Virus record (IMG/VR): IMGVR_UViG_3300009103_000001
Location: 62,001-126,000 of that record
Direction: 5' to 3' (one strand)
Length of the DNA stretch: 64,000 nt
The translations under genes and the position numbers were made by a program. Below the pieces are notes generated by a model that was not told the DNA's origin, ran no database searches, and saw only the letters and a program-made list of their open reading frames with translations. Positions 1-9,091 of this stretch are shown piece after piece (position 1 is the first letter of the stretch; each line of letters starts with the position of its first letter).

Positions 1-258
1 AAGTTGTTTTTTAGCTCTAAGAATAGTTAACCTAGATGGCCTTTTATTTATATTTCTTTTCCTAAAACAAGCGAAAGGGTAATTAGATATCCAAATCGTA
101 GTATCACCTAATTTTGCGGTATGTTCACCAATATTACTAAAGGTATATTCATCTAATAACACATTAAATTCATCATCCCAATCTTTATCATATGGGTCAT
201 TCATTAACCAAAAATTAGGTCTGAATATAAATTGTAAGTTTCTAAAAAAATCTTTCAT
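1..258 (-). CDS. Hypothetical phage protein, 3' end runs off the window
   Basis: Manual translation from ATG at 258: MKDFFRNLQFIFRPNFWLMNDPYDKIWDDEF...WISNYPFACF...RPSRLTILRAKKQL, open to position 1; absent from the ORF track because there is no stop in the window. Confidence 0.7.
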   Translation of the reverse strand, partial: MKDFFRNLQFIFRPNFWLMNDPYDKDWDDEFNVLLDEYTFSNIGEHTAKLGDTTIWISNYPFACFRKRNINKRPSRLTILRAKKQL

Positions 259-295
259 AATTATTAATTATAATAAAATATTTTTAAATCGTAAA

Positions 296-305
296 GATAT
301 TTATA
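296..305 (+). promoter_or_regulatory. Putative late promoter element GATATTTATA
   Basis: Conserved ATATTTAT motif just upstream of ATG 313; the same motif precedes about 20 late genes. Confidence 0.6.
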
Positions 306-312
306 TATAACT

Positions 313-861
313 ATGGATATAAGAAAAATCATAAAAGAGGAAATGGAATCTAAAAATATAGGATATGAAGATATTGTATATGAAGATGATAACCTAATAG
401 TTATATATCCAAAAACAAGGGAAGCTTCATGTAATTATGGTGAAGACACAAATTGGTGTACAGCAGCTGAAGGTGGACAATCTTTCCATGAATATAATGA
501 TAAAGGTAACTTATATTATCATATATGGAAATTTAAAATGCCTAATAATAAACAAAACTATCAAAAAATTGCTAGATTCATTGAATATGGTAAAGAATAT
601 GGTGAACTTGGTGATTTTTTCTTATTTGATGATAGTCAAGTGGATAAGTATGAAATATTATTTAATATTTTAAATGGTAAAAAATTAAAGGAGGGTGGTT
701 TTGAGTATCCAGCAGAGTTAAAACCATTAAATGATTCTTGGGAAAAAGCTTTTATTGCTGTTGATACACATTATGCAAAAAATGGTTTACACAAAACACC
801 AACATATACGGAACCCGATATAGAAGATTTATGGGATGACGATTATGAAGAATTTTTCTAG
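313..861 (+). CDS. Leader-bearing protein (MDIRKIIKEE) with YG-x-x-T-x-WC domain, paralog of 1391 and 52418
   Basis: VYEDDNLIVIYPKTREASCNYGEDTNWCT motif shared with two other ORFs. Confidence 0.8.
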   Translation: MDIRKIIKEEMESKNIGYEDIVYEDDNLIVIYPKTREASCNYGEDTNWCTAAEGGQSFHEYNDKGNLYYHIWKFKMPNNKQNYQKIARFIEYGKEYGELGDFFLFDDSQVDKYEILFNILNGKKLKEGGFEYPAELKPLNDSWEKAFIAVDTHYAKNGLHKTPTYTEPDIEDLWDDDYEEFF

Positions 862-950
862 TGTAAATTGACTTTTATAGTCAATAACTTATATTTATAT
901 AGTAGACCAACCAATTAGGTACACACCTTAATCAATAATTAAAAATTATT

Positions 951-1070
951 ATGAGAAATTACGACCCAAACGATAAACCTTGCTTTGATGGTGATATTTA
1001 TGAAGATTTTATAGATGAAATCCCAGAAGAAGATATTTATTATAATATAGATGATTCTTTTGAATATTAA
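951..1070 (+). CDS. Small acidic hypothetical protein (39 aa)
   Basis: MRNYDPNDKPCFDGDIYEDFIDEIPEEDIYYNIDDSFEY*, A-rich upstream context; below the ORF-track size cutoff. Confidence 0.45.
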   Translation: MRNYDPNDKPCFDGDIYEDFIDEIPEEDIYYNIDDSFEY

Positions 1071-1390
1071 AAAAACATAATCATAAGAGATATAAGACCA
1101 TATACTGATACTAAAGACCTAGAGGTAGGTAAAAGATATATTGCCTATGATATAGGTAATGATGAACTTCATGGTGAACCTTTTATTGTTTTAAAAAAAA
1201 ATGAAAGTATAGATAATATACAAATTCACATCAAATGGCTTAATATGAATAGAGGTACTATCATAACAGAAAAATCTATAGGAAATTGGGAACCAATATT
1301 TAGACCTAGTATGGAGTGGATGTGGTTCTATAGATAATTTAATTCACACAACTTTATTGGATATTTATTATTAATAATATATTTATTGAT

Positions 1391-2839
1391 ATGGATATTA
1401 AATTATTATTAGAAAGAATTATACTTACTGAAGGTAGGGTTGAGAATGCTAGAAAAAAATATCCTAATATACCAGATAAAATTTTTGATTATTACGTAGA
1501 TAATGACCCATCTGGTAATCAAAAGTACCTTAATTGGGTTTTAAAAACTATAACAGCTGATTGGGGTATTACACAAACATCACATTTTAGACAAAATCAT
1601 TCTGAGTTATTAGATAGTTTAACATTCTTCCATGAAAATAACCAAGCGTTTAATAAAAAAGATATAAATCATTATAAAAATTTAACTATGTTTTTCCAAA
1701 CCATTGCTGAGGTTAGGGAAAAGGTGAGACAAAAAAAGGAAGAAAAAAAGGCTAAAAAACAAAGAAACCTTGTTTATCAAGATAAGGATTGGGTTGTAAT
1801 ATCACCTAAATCACATTTAGCTTCTTGTGTTTATGGTTCTGGTACAAAATGGTGTGTTACAATGAAAGATTATTCACATCATTGGGATAGATATTCTAAA
1901 AACGCAACATTCTTTTTTATAATAGATAAAAATAAAGATGATTCGGATAACCTATATAAAGTCGCTTTTAGAAAAATAGGTAGAAGTGGTAAGGTTGAAT
2001 TATGGGACGCTAAAGATTACGAGTTTAGTGAAAATAAAACAGGTTTAGATTATTTAGAAAAGCTACCAAAAAAGATGTTAGAACTAATTGAAAAACATCA
2101 TAGAATATATTTCCCTGAGTCTGAAGGCCCACCAGAATGGATAGAAGATAAACCAAGAGCACAAGCTTTGTATAATCATACTGATGATGAAGATTTGATG
2201 GATACAGGGGATTTCAGATACGGAATACCAATATATGAAACTTCGGAAAATTATTATCAAGTTGCGAATGAACAAGAATTAGATGATGCTTTATGGGAGT
2301 ATTATGATGAATATGATGATTGGGATTTATTGGAGTATTATGATGAAGATGGTTATTACTTATCTTTAAGTGATGAAGAAGAGTTTATTAATGAAATGGT
2401 AGAAAGTCGTGTGGATAATATGGGTGATACAGAAATTCTTGAATATTCGGACAAATTGGACCAATATGAAGACGTTGAAGATGAATTAATAAAATTACAA
2501 GATAGTGAAGATTTTAGTGAAGAAGAAGAACAAAATCTCATAGATAAACAGGTAGAAATATTAGAATTAGCTAAAGAAAATGTTATTTTTGTGGAAACTG
2601 AACATTGGTTTGATTGTCTTGCTGATGGTGTTGTTGAATGTTTAGTAAACGACCATGGCCTTTATAGAAATGCATATGAGTTACATGATAGTGGTGTTAC
2701 AGATTTTGATAGAAGTGGTTTAATAGAAAATAGAGTTTATAATTCTTATGATTGGGATGAAGTTACTGGTGGTTATGGTTATGAAACGGCTGAGGATTTT
2801 AATGGTGAAACTTGGTATGTATATGAGATAGACTATTAA
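1391..2839 (+). CDS. Leader-bearing protein (MDIKLLLERIILTE) with DPS..KYL module, YG-x-x-T-x-WC domain and very acidic C-terminal half
   Basis: 482-aa ORF; ATATTTAT at 1361 and 1379; VYQDKDWVVISPKSHLASCVYGSGTKWCVT. Confidence 0.85.
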   Translation: MDIKLLLERIILTEGRVENARKKYPNIPDKIFDYYVDNDPSGNQKYLNWVLKTITADWGITQTSHFRQNHSELLDSLTFFHENNQAFNKKDINHYKNLTMFFQTIAEVREKVRQKKEEKKAKKQRNLVYQDKDWVVISPKSHLASCVYGSGTKWCVTMKDYSHHWDRYSKNATFFFIIDKNKDDSDNLYKVAFRKIGRSGKVELWDAKDYEFSENKTGLDYLEKLPKKMLELIEKHHRIYFPESEGPPEWIEDKPRAQALYNHTDDEDLMDTGDFRYGIPIYETSENYYQVANEQELDDALWEYYDEYDDWDLLEYYDEDGYYLSLSDEEEFINEMVESRVDNMGDTEILEYSDKLDQYEDVEDELIKLQDSEDFSEEEEQNLIDKQVEILELAKENVIFVETEHWFDCLADGVVECLVNDHGLYRNAYELHDSGVTDFDRSGLIENRVYNSYDWDEVTGGYGYETAEDFNGETWYVYEIDY

Positions 2840-2970
2840 CCCATATTTTTAAGTTTATTTTCTAATTCAGTAATTTTTTCTAAATACCATTCTATAATTG
2901 TTTCATTATGGTGTAAACATACTTCTTTTTTATAATATTTAATATGTTCTATTATTTCTTCTTTTTCCAT
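2836..2970 (-). CDS. Small hypothetical protein (44 aa)
   Basis: MEKEEIIEHIKYYKKEVCLHHNETIIEWYLEKITELENKLKNMG*, fills the intergenic gap. Confidence 0.45.
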   Translation of the reverse strand: MEKEEIIEHIKYYKKEVCLHHNETIIEWYLEKITELENKLKNMG

Positions 2971-3026
2971 TTAAAAAAAATATAAAAGATAATTTAATTT
3001 GTAAATACTTTTATTATTATTATAAA

Positions 3027-3191
3027 ATGAAGACAATAGGTAAACATACCATAAAAGAGTTACAACCACATATTAAAGAAATTAGTGAACAATTTAATTT
3101 AAAACCATATAATGTTAAAGATTTTAAATTAATAAGAAAATTATTAGTACAACGGTATTATTCAATACCAATAATGGAGACTTATAATTAA
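3027..3191 (+). CDS. Small hypothetical protein (54 aa)
   Basis: MKTIGKHTIKELQPHIKEISEQFNLKPY...; its stop overlaps the SET gene start (TAATG), suggesting translational coupling. Confidence 0.6.
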   Translation: MKTIGKHTIKELQPHIKEISEQFNLKPYNVKDFKLIRKLLVQRYYSIPIMETYN

Positions 3192-3595
3192 TGAAACTTA
3201 TAAAACACAATGGTTTAAGAGTTAGTAAATCAAATGTACATGGTTTTGGTGTTTTCACTGATGTAGAGATAAAAAGTGGTGATTTGGTGGAACAATGTCC
3301 AACACACATATTATATGACACAAAAGTAGACTTAATACACCCTTCATTAAAAAGTTATGTGTATCAATTTACAATAGATGATAAACTAACACCAATAGTG
3401 CTTTTAGGGTGGGGTGGTATATATAACCATAGTGATGACCATAATTTAAATTATAAAGGAGAATATTTAATAGTCCAAGACGAAAATAAATTGGTTTTTA
3501 GTTTTTGGGCTAATAGAGATATTGAGGCCGGAGAAGAGTTATTTATTAATTATGGTAAAGAATATTTTAAGTATTTTAATATTAATAAAATTTAA
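3191..3595 (+). CDS. SET-domain protein (putative lysine methyltransferase)
   Basis: SET motifs HGFGVF, IYNHS and RDIEAGEELFINYG. Confidence 0.85.
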   Translation: MKLIKHNGLRVSKSNVHGFGVFTDVEIKSGDLVEQCPTHILYDTKVDLIHPSLKSYVYQFTIDDKLTPIVLLGWGGIYNHSDDHNLNYKGEYLIVQDENKLVFSFWANRDIEAGEELFINYGKEYFKYFNINKI

Positions 3596-3726
3596 AAGCT
3601 TATTTGCTTTTAGCTAGCTTGCTTTTGCTGCTGCAGCGCTTAAATATATATAATATAATAAAAAGCATAATAAATATATTTTTTTTTAATCCTACCTTAT
3701 ATGAATCCCAAATATTTATAATAAGA

Positions 3727-4728
3727 ATGAGAAATATTATAAAAAAAATATTAAAAGAAAGTTCAGATTTTGATTGGGTTAGGGATATTGAAGTTGAGAC
3801 TGATTTAACACCGTCACAAATTGTTCATAGATATGATTCTTTACCAAGTGAGATTGTTGGCCCAATGATTAGTAATGGTTTTTTTGATGTATACTATGAA
3901 GACGCTGCCGGAAAATATATTTTAAAAACTGATAGTTGGTGTGACTTTATACCATTATTTAAAAATATTGATAGTCGTTATGGGTATATGGGTAGAGGTT
4001 TAGCTGAAAGAATATTTTGTGATGATGAGGATTATTGGGAACCATATGATTCACATGATTTAGTTTATGATTGGATAAACCAAGTTTGGGATTTTGTTAC
4101 GCGAGATAAAACTTTATACAAATATATAGTAGAATGGATTAATGATAATCTTATTGGTGATGAAATGCATTTTGAGAGAAAAGAAACAACTTTAACAAAA
4201 GAAGATGTTCTTGATTGGTCTGCTGATTCTGATGTTTTGGGTGAAATGATTGATGAATTAGATGTTTTTGAAGATTTAAAACTTGAATTAACTTGGGCCT
4301 ATGGTTCAGCATATAATGTTGCGGCTAGAGATGGAATATATAACTCAGCTGTTGGAGCTGTAATGGATTTCTTTGGTAAAGGTGAGTGGGTACCCAAAGA
4401 AAAGACAGCGAAGTATACATTAAATTTTGACATCACAGATTTAATACAAGATGTTTTAGTGGAGGGAATAGAAAATTGTTGGGACCAATGTAGTAAATAT
4501 TGGAACCCAAAAAACAGAGATTTGGGGGACCAAACAGAAGAAGAAGCTTTTGAAGAGTGGTGTGAAGAATGTTGGGATTTCCCTTTTAGTGAGTTCGGTA
4601 ATTTTATTGATTTTTTTGAATTTTACTTGGATGATAGGGATGAATTATTAACTCCAAGGTTTGATGAATACCCAGATGATAGTAAGATATATCCTTATTT
4701 TGTAGAAGATGTGTATGATAGAATATGA
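3727..4728 (+). CDS. Leader-bearing acidic protein (MRNIIKKILKESSDFDW)
   Basis: Start moved from TTG 3604 to ATG 3727, which follows ATATTTAT at 3712 and begins the shared leader. Confidence 0.8.
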   Translation: MRNIIKKILKESSDFDWVRDIEVETDLTPSQIVHRYDSLPSEIVGPMISNGFFDVYYEDAAGKYILKTDSWCDFIPLFKNIDSRYGYMGRGLAERIFCDDEDYWEPYDSHDLVYDWINQVWDFVTRDKTLYKYIVEWINDNLIGDEMHFERKETTLTKEDVLDWSADSDVLGEMIDELDVFEDLKLELTWAYGSAYNVAARDGIYNSAVGAVMDFFGKGEWVPKEKTAKYTLNFDITDLIQDVLVEGIENCWDQCSKYWNPKNRDLGDQTEEEAFEEWCEECWDFPFSEFGNFIDFFEFYLDDRDELLTPRFDEYPDDSKIYPYFVEDVYDRI

Positions 4729-6785
4729 GTAAAACTAAAATAAATAATAATGATTTTGAATGGGCCAAAGACATCCCATTAATTATGGATACTTGTGAAG
4801 CGTATGGTATATTAAAACCAGGTGATGAAATTATTATTGATGCGATAGATAATTGGGAGGATAACCCAAATCAATGGAATGATACTGATGAGATACAAAC
4901 CTTTTATAGTGTTAAAGCAAAGGTATTAGCTTTAGATGAGTGTAACAATATACATAGAAATAATGAAAGTAATGCTAATACAATTCTAGTATCAATAGAA
5001 GAGGATGGTTATTATGGGTTTGATGATTTATGGGTTGAAGATTTTGTTGGGACATTACCATCACAGTGTCAAAAAGATAATTGTATGTTTTTAATTTGTG
5101 ACACAAATGAGGAAGAATACCAAATAAAATTAATTGAACCATCGTTAAATGAGTCTGATGATTTTAAATGGGTTGATGGGATACCTAAAGATTATTACCC
5201 ACCAGACTTAGAGTCTGGACTTAAAGGTTTAGAAAAATGGGTGGGACAAGCTTATCAAATAGATGATGAGATAGGCCTTTCTGTTCAGGATGTAAAAGAA
5301 AATCCGAACAAAGAGAATATTCAAGATTTAATAAATGTTCTTAAACATTGGAAACCATATCATGATGGTGATGAAGTTTATTGGGCCGTGGAAGACCTTA
5401 TTTCTTCAATAAACCCATTTAGGTTTCAAGACTTAAATAATATGGGATTATTTGAATCTGATTTGGATTGGGTTAATAATACATCAAATAAGATACAGAA
5501 CACTGGTATTGGTCACGATGGACATATAATTTCTTTACAAGAAGTTTATTTCGATTTTTTAAGAACAATAGCTAAGGTTGAGGGTAATTATAACCCACGA
5601 CTTGAATCACACGCTACATTAGACACCAAATATACTAGAAAAGTAAGGGATTATTTAAATTTGAACAGTAGAGACTATCAAGGATTAGCACGTGAATTAC
5701 TTCGTATAGGTTTGGATGAAGCTTTTAAAATGTATTTTGATAATAAGCCACAATTAAGTGAATCTGATGAATTAAATTGGGTTAAGAGCACTGGTTTAGG
5801 TAAAGTAGATTTAAGAGATTGTAAACCTGGTGATATTTTAATCACTAGAAGTGGTAAAACTGTTGAGTATGTTGGCCCAACGGAAAAAGGTAATTATTAC
5901 GACCACGTAGTAAAATATAATGATGGCCATAGTTATGGTAGTAGGACACACGATGGTTATGTGTTTAGGAAAAATAGGCGAGATGATGATGAAGATATCA
6001 TTCATGTGTTAAAAGAATATAAAAAAACAATAACTGAGGCAGCAGGGATTTCATTTGAAGTGAGAAAATGGGGTGAAATTATCTATAATGAGATAATGAA
6101 TAACCCTGATGAGAAAAAAAGGTTAATCATTGATGGTTATGACCACCCTGAAGCGTTCAACGGATTCCCAATAGACTATGTTGTGATAGATTTTTACGAT
6201 AAATTAACGGGATATGGTCAAGAACATTCAGGATATGATAAAGATGGTAACTATGTTGTATTATTATACATACAACCGCAACTAATAAATAATGAATATA
6301 GAGGATATGATTTAAAATCGGCATTAAATCATGAAATGAAACATGCTTGGGAGGACTATCAAAGAGTATCAAAAGGTTATACTAATATTGAACAAACTAA
6401 AGAATCACAAGAGTTATATAATAAAGATTTCATACATTTAATGAGTGATGAAAATATTAAAGGGCCCATTAAAACAGTGTTAAAATATTTTTATTATTTA
6501 ACCAATTTAGAAAAAGGTCCTTATATGGAGAATGTTTATGATAGAAATCCGGCGTATGAAAATATGATTAGAAAAATTATATCTAAAGATTTTGAACAGT
6601 TTAAAGACCGTTTTGATTTAGATGTTAATTGGCATTTAGTAAATACAGCTTATGATATACCATTTGTAAAAAAATTTAAAACTCCATTAGATTTTATTGA
6701 CTATAGTTCTTCAGAACTTAAAAAAAGAGCAATTAAAGTTTTAAAAAAAATTAATAAAATGAAATACATACATGGAATGTTGTAA
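4725..6785 (+). CDS. Putative multi-module polyprotein with C-terminal HExxH metallopeptidase-like domain
   Basis: Internal linkers LNESDDFKW, LFESDLDW, LSESDELNW and ITE; HEMKH at ~6330. Confidence 0.8.
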   Translation: MSKTKINNNDFEWAKDIPLIMDTCEAYGILKPGDEIIIDAIDNWEDNPNQWNDTDEIQTFYSVKAKVLALDECNNIHRNNESNANTILVSIEEDGYYGFDDLWVEDFVGTLPSQCQKDNCMFLICDTNEEEYQIKLIEPSLNESDDFKWVDGIPKDYYPPDLESGLKGLEKWVGQAYQIDDEIGLSVQDVKENPNKENIQDLINVLKHWKPYHDGDEVYWAVEDLISSINPFRFQDLNNMGLFESDLDWVNNTSNKIQNTGIGHDGHIISLQEVYFDFLRTIAKVEGNYNPRLESHATLDTKYTRKVRDYLNLNSRDYQGLARELLRIGLDEAFKMYFDNKPQLSESDELNWVKSTGLGKVDLRDCKPGDILITRSGKTVEYVGPTEKGNYYDHVVKYNDGHSYGSRTHDGYVFRKNRRDDDEDIIHVLKEYKKTITEAAGISFEVRKWGEIIYNEIMNNPDEKKRLIIDGYDHPEAFNGFPIDYVVIDFYDKLTGYGQEHSGYDKDGNYVVLLYIQPQLINNEYRGYDLKSALNHEMKHAWEDYQRVSKGYTNIEQTKESQELYNKDFIHLMSDENIKGPIKTVLKYFYYLTNLEKGPYMENVYDRNPAYENMIRKIISKDFEQFKDRFDLDVNWHLVNTAYDIPFVKKFKTPLDFIDYSSSELKKRAIKVLKKINKMKYIHGML

Positions 6786-6810
6786 TTGTAATATATTTTT
6801 ATTATATTTG
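6780..6810 (+). promoter_or_regulatory. Bacteroidota sigma-A-type promoter (TTG-N20-TATATTTG)
   Basis: Matches the -33/-7 consensus TTG...TAnnTTTG upstream of ATG 6816. Confidence 0.55.
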
Positions 6811-6815
6811 TAGTT

Positions 6816-7373
6816 ATGAAAAAAATACTTACAACAATATTAATTTTAATTAGTCTATTATCTATAGGACAAGATAAAGAGTTATTTGAATATGTGAATC
6901 AATACCGAATAGGTAATAATTTAAAACCATTAGAGTGGTCTGATAAATTAGTTAAAATATCTATAGGACAAAATAATAAGAATATTAAAGATAAATCTTT
7001 ATCACATAGTGTACATAATTCTTATGAAAATTGTTTATTAGGTTATACTATAGCCCCAACCAAAACTGAACATAAAGATTTCATTAAATTTGTTAAAAAA
7101 TATTTTAATTACAAATATAATGTAGACAAAGATATGTCAAATGAAGAATTAAATAGTTTAACTAGGATGTACATGATTTATATTTGGCATAATTCACCAA
7201 AACATAAGGAAAATATGTTAAAAAAAGATGTTAAACATTGTTCATCTGAAAGTTATATTGGTGATTTCGAAATTTTTAATGGTAAATTAAATGTTAATGG
7301 TAAAAGTTATACATATAAACAATTATCTACACACTATAAAGTAGAGTATTACGCCACAATGAATTTACAATGA
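6816..7373 (+). CDS. CAP (SCP-like) domain protein with signal peptide
   Basis: N-terminal signal peptide; VNQYR...LKPLEWSDKL, LSHS, EN and WHNSPKHKENML motifs. Confidence 0.8.
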   Translation: MKKILTTILILISLLSIGQDKELFEYVNQYRIGNNLKPLEWSDKLVKISIGQNNKNIKDKSLSHSVHNSYENCLLGYTIAPTKTEHKDFIKFVKKYFNYKYNVDKDMSNEELNSLTRMYMIYIWHNSPKHKENMLKKDVKHCSSESYIGDFEIFNGKLNVNGKSYTYKQLSTHYKVEYYATMNLQ

Positions 7374-8390
7374 TGGTTCAAAAAAACAAGGTAGTTCCTT
7401 ACCCTTAACTTTCACTTTTTTACATTTAGGTTTTTTATGTGTTTTTTTAGTGAAAATACTTTTTCTATATTTATTATATTTTTTAGGTTTAAATGTTTGT
7501 TTTAGTTTAACCATTTCAACCTCATAGTTATACAACATAGAACCAGCTTCCATTTTTGTCTCAGCTGTAACTTCTAATAAAACACTTATTTTAACATACC
7601 TATATTCTTTAGTTTGTTCACGAGCCTCACTTTTTTCATTTCTCGACATATTTGGTCCATATATATTTGGCCCTTGGTTTGGTTTTGTAATCACATCAAC
7701 ATCATCTACATCAAAACTATCAACAATATTAACAACACTTTCAGCTCTAAGTTTAGCTAGTTCTTCATTACCCATACTTATAGGTTCTTTATCTGTAGAA
7801 GATTCAATAACAACTTTAGTTATTTCACCTTCTTCACTAAGTACATTGAAAATATCATTAATTTTACTTTTTGCGTATTCAGATAACTCATACCCACCCG
7901 TTTCAAAAATATTGTCAGTATCTAATTCAATAGAGTCCTCTAATACTATAATTGAATTTTTAGGTAAAAGTGTATCTTTAGTAACTTTTATGTCAGAAAC
8001 AGTGAAACCTTGTCTTTGTTTAGAAATTATACTATGGTCACTTTTAGTTTTATATGTTTCTATTTTTGCGTTTTCAAAATCTTTTTTACTAACAGATTTT
8101 AATTTTTCTAAATTTTCCCTATTCAACTCAATTTGAGCATCACTAAATAACTGATATAAATCCTCATCACCAGATTCTAATTTATTTTGTATTAACTCAG
8201 CCGCTTTTATATGTGACGAATCTATTGGTTGGGTTTGTGCTTTTATATCGGTCATTGAAGCTAAAGCTATTAATCCGGCTAAAGCCCATTCTTTAAACTC
8301 TTCCTCTAATATTTCTTCTTTTAATATTTCGTCACTTCTGTAGTTTATTACAGATTTAAGTTGACTCTCTTTTAGAATAATTCTTTTCAT
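7365..8390 (-). CDS. Leader-bearing OmpA-like (peptidoglycan-binding) domain protein
   Basis: MKRIILKESQLK leader; FETGGYEL, ESSTDKEP, NEELAKLRAESV and RYVKI resemble the OmpA C-terminal domain; ATATTTAT upstream on the minus strand (8396-8403). Confidence 0.7.
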   Translation of the reverse strand: MKRIILKESQLKSVINYRSDEILKEEILEEEFKEWALAGLIALASMTDIKAQTQPIDSSHIKAAELIQNKLESGDEDLYQLFSDAQIELNRENLEKLKSVSKKDFENAKIETYKTKSDHSIISKQRQGFTVSDIKVTKDTLLPKNSIIVLEDSIELDTDNIFETGGYELSEYAKSKINDIFNVLSEEGEITKVVIESSTDKEPISMGNEELAKLRAESVVNIVDSFDVDDVDVITKPNQGPNIYGPNMSRNEKSEAREQTKEYRYVKISVLLEVTAETKMEAGSMLYNYEVEMVKLKQTFKPKKYNKYRKSIFTKKTHKKPKCKKVKVKGKELPCFFEPSL

Positions 8391-8559
8391 ATAATATAAA
8401 TATTTATATTATACTAAAAAAATGTGGTATTACATTCTTTTGTGCATTTAGTACAATATACACCACCGACATCTCTTTGTGATGGTGGAATACAATGTAC
8501 TTTTGCGTGACAACAAGAACTAACTACTTTAGATGTTTTTTTTCTTTTAATTCTTTTTC

Positions 8560-8847
8560 TCATTTCCTTTTTTTTAGGTAAGATAATTCGTTTTTTAGTT
8601 TCCAATAATTTTTTATTATTAATTCATTATTTTTATTTACAACATGATTAATATGTATCATAGTAATGGTTAATGAAATACTTAGTGAACACATACCACC
8701 AATAACCATAGTTTCAATATCAGATATATTAAAACCTAAATTATATAGTAATAAAAATATTATTGGGGTTATTACTTTTAAATATATAGAAAATCTAATT
8801 AAGATATTTTCTTTTATTTTTCTTATTATTTTTTTTATGAGTTTCAT
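8560..8847 (-). CDS. Hypothetical membrane protein
   Basis: 95 aa, two hydrophobic segments, part of a minus-strand gene run. Confidence 0.55.
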   Translation of the reverse strand: MKLIKKIIRKIKENILIRFSIYLKVITPIIFLLLYNLGFNISDIETMVIGGMCSLSISLTITMIHINHVVNKNNELIIKNYWKLKNELSYLKKRK

Positions 8848-8848
8848 T

Positions 8849-9079
8849 TTAAAAATTATGTTTATTTATTTTAAATTTTGTATTAAATGCTTTACTGTCT
8901 ATTAATTTATGAAAATCTTTTGTTGGGACTTCGACATTAACACCATTAATTAAACAAATAACAAAATTAGCACCAGGTAAGGACATTTCTAATGTGACAT
9001 CCCATTTCAATGCCTCACTTAAAAAAGCCTCACTATACCATAAATCATTTTGATATCTATACTTTATTATGTTATCCAT
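8849..9079 (-). CDS. Hypothetical protein
   Basis: 76-aa ORF tightly packed in the minus-strand run. Confidence 0.6.
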   Translation of the reverse strand: MDNIIKYRYQNDLWYSEAFLSEALKWDVTLEMSLPGANFVICLINGVNVEVPTKDFHKLIDSKAFNTKFKINKHNF

Positions 9080-9091
9080 AAGTTATGTCTG

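Noticed and set aside
3604-3726. N-terminal extensions in the ORF track (3604, 19442, 22505, 42209, 43627, 50748, 53739)
   Set aside because: Downstream starts coincide with the late motif, the shared leader or the end of the upstream gene; the extensions overlap promoters or other genes
8414-8605. 63-aa basic Cys-rich ORF (CC...CxxCxxxC), possible zinc finger
   Set aside because: Plausible, but it overlaps the upstream gene by 46 nt and has no independent support, so it is not listed as a feature
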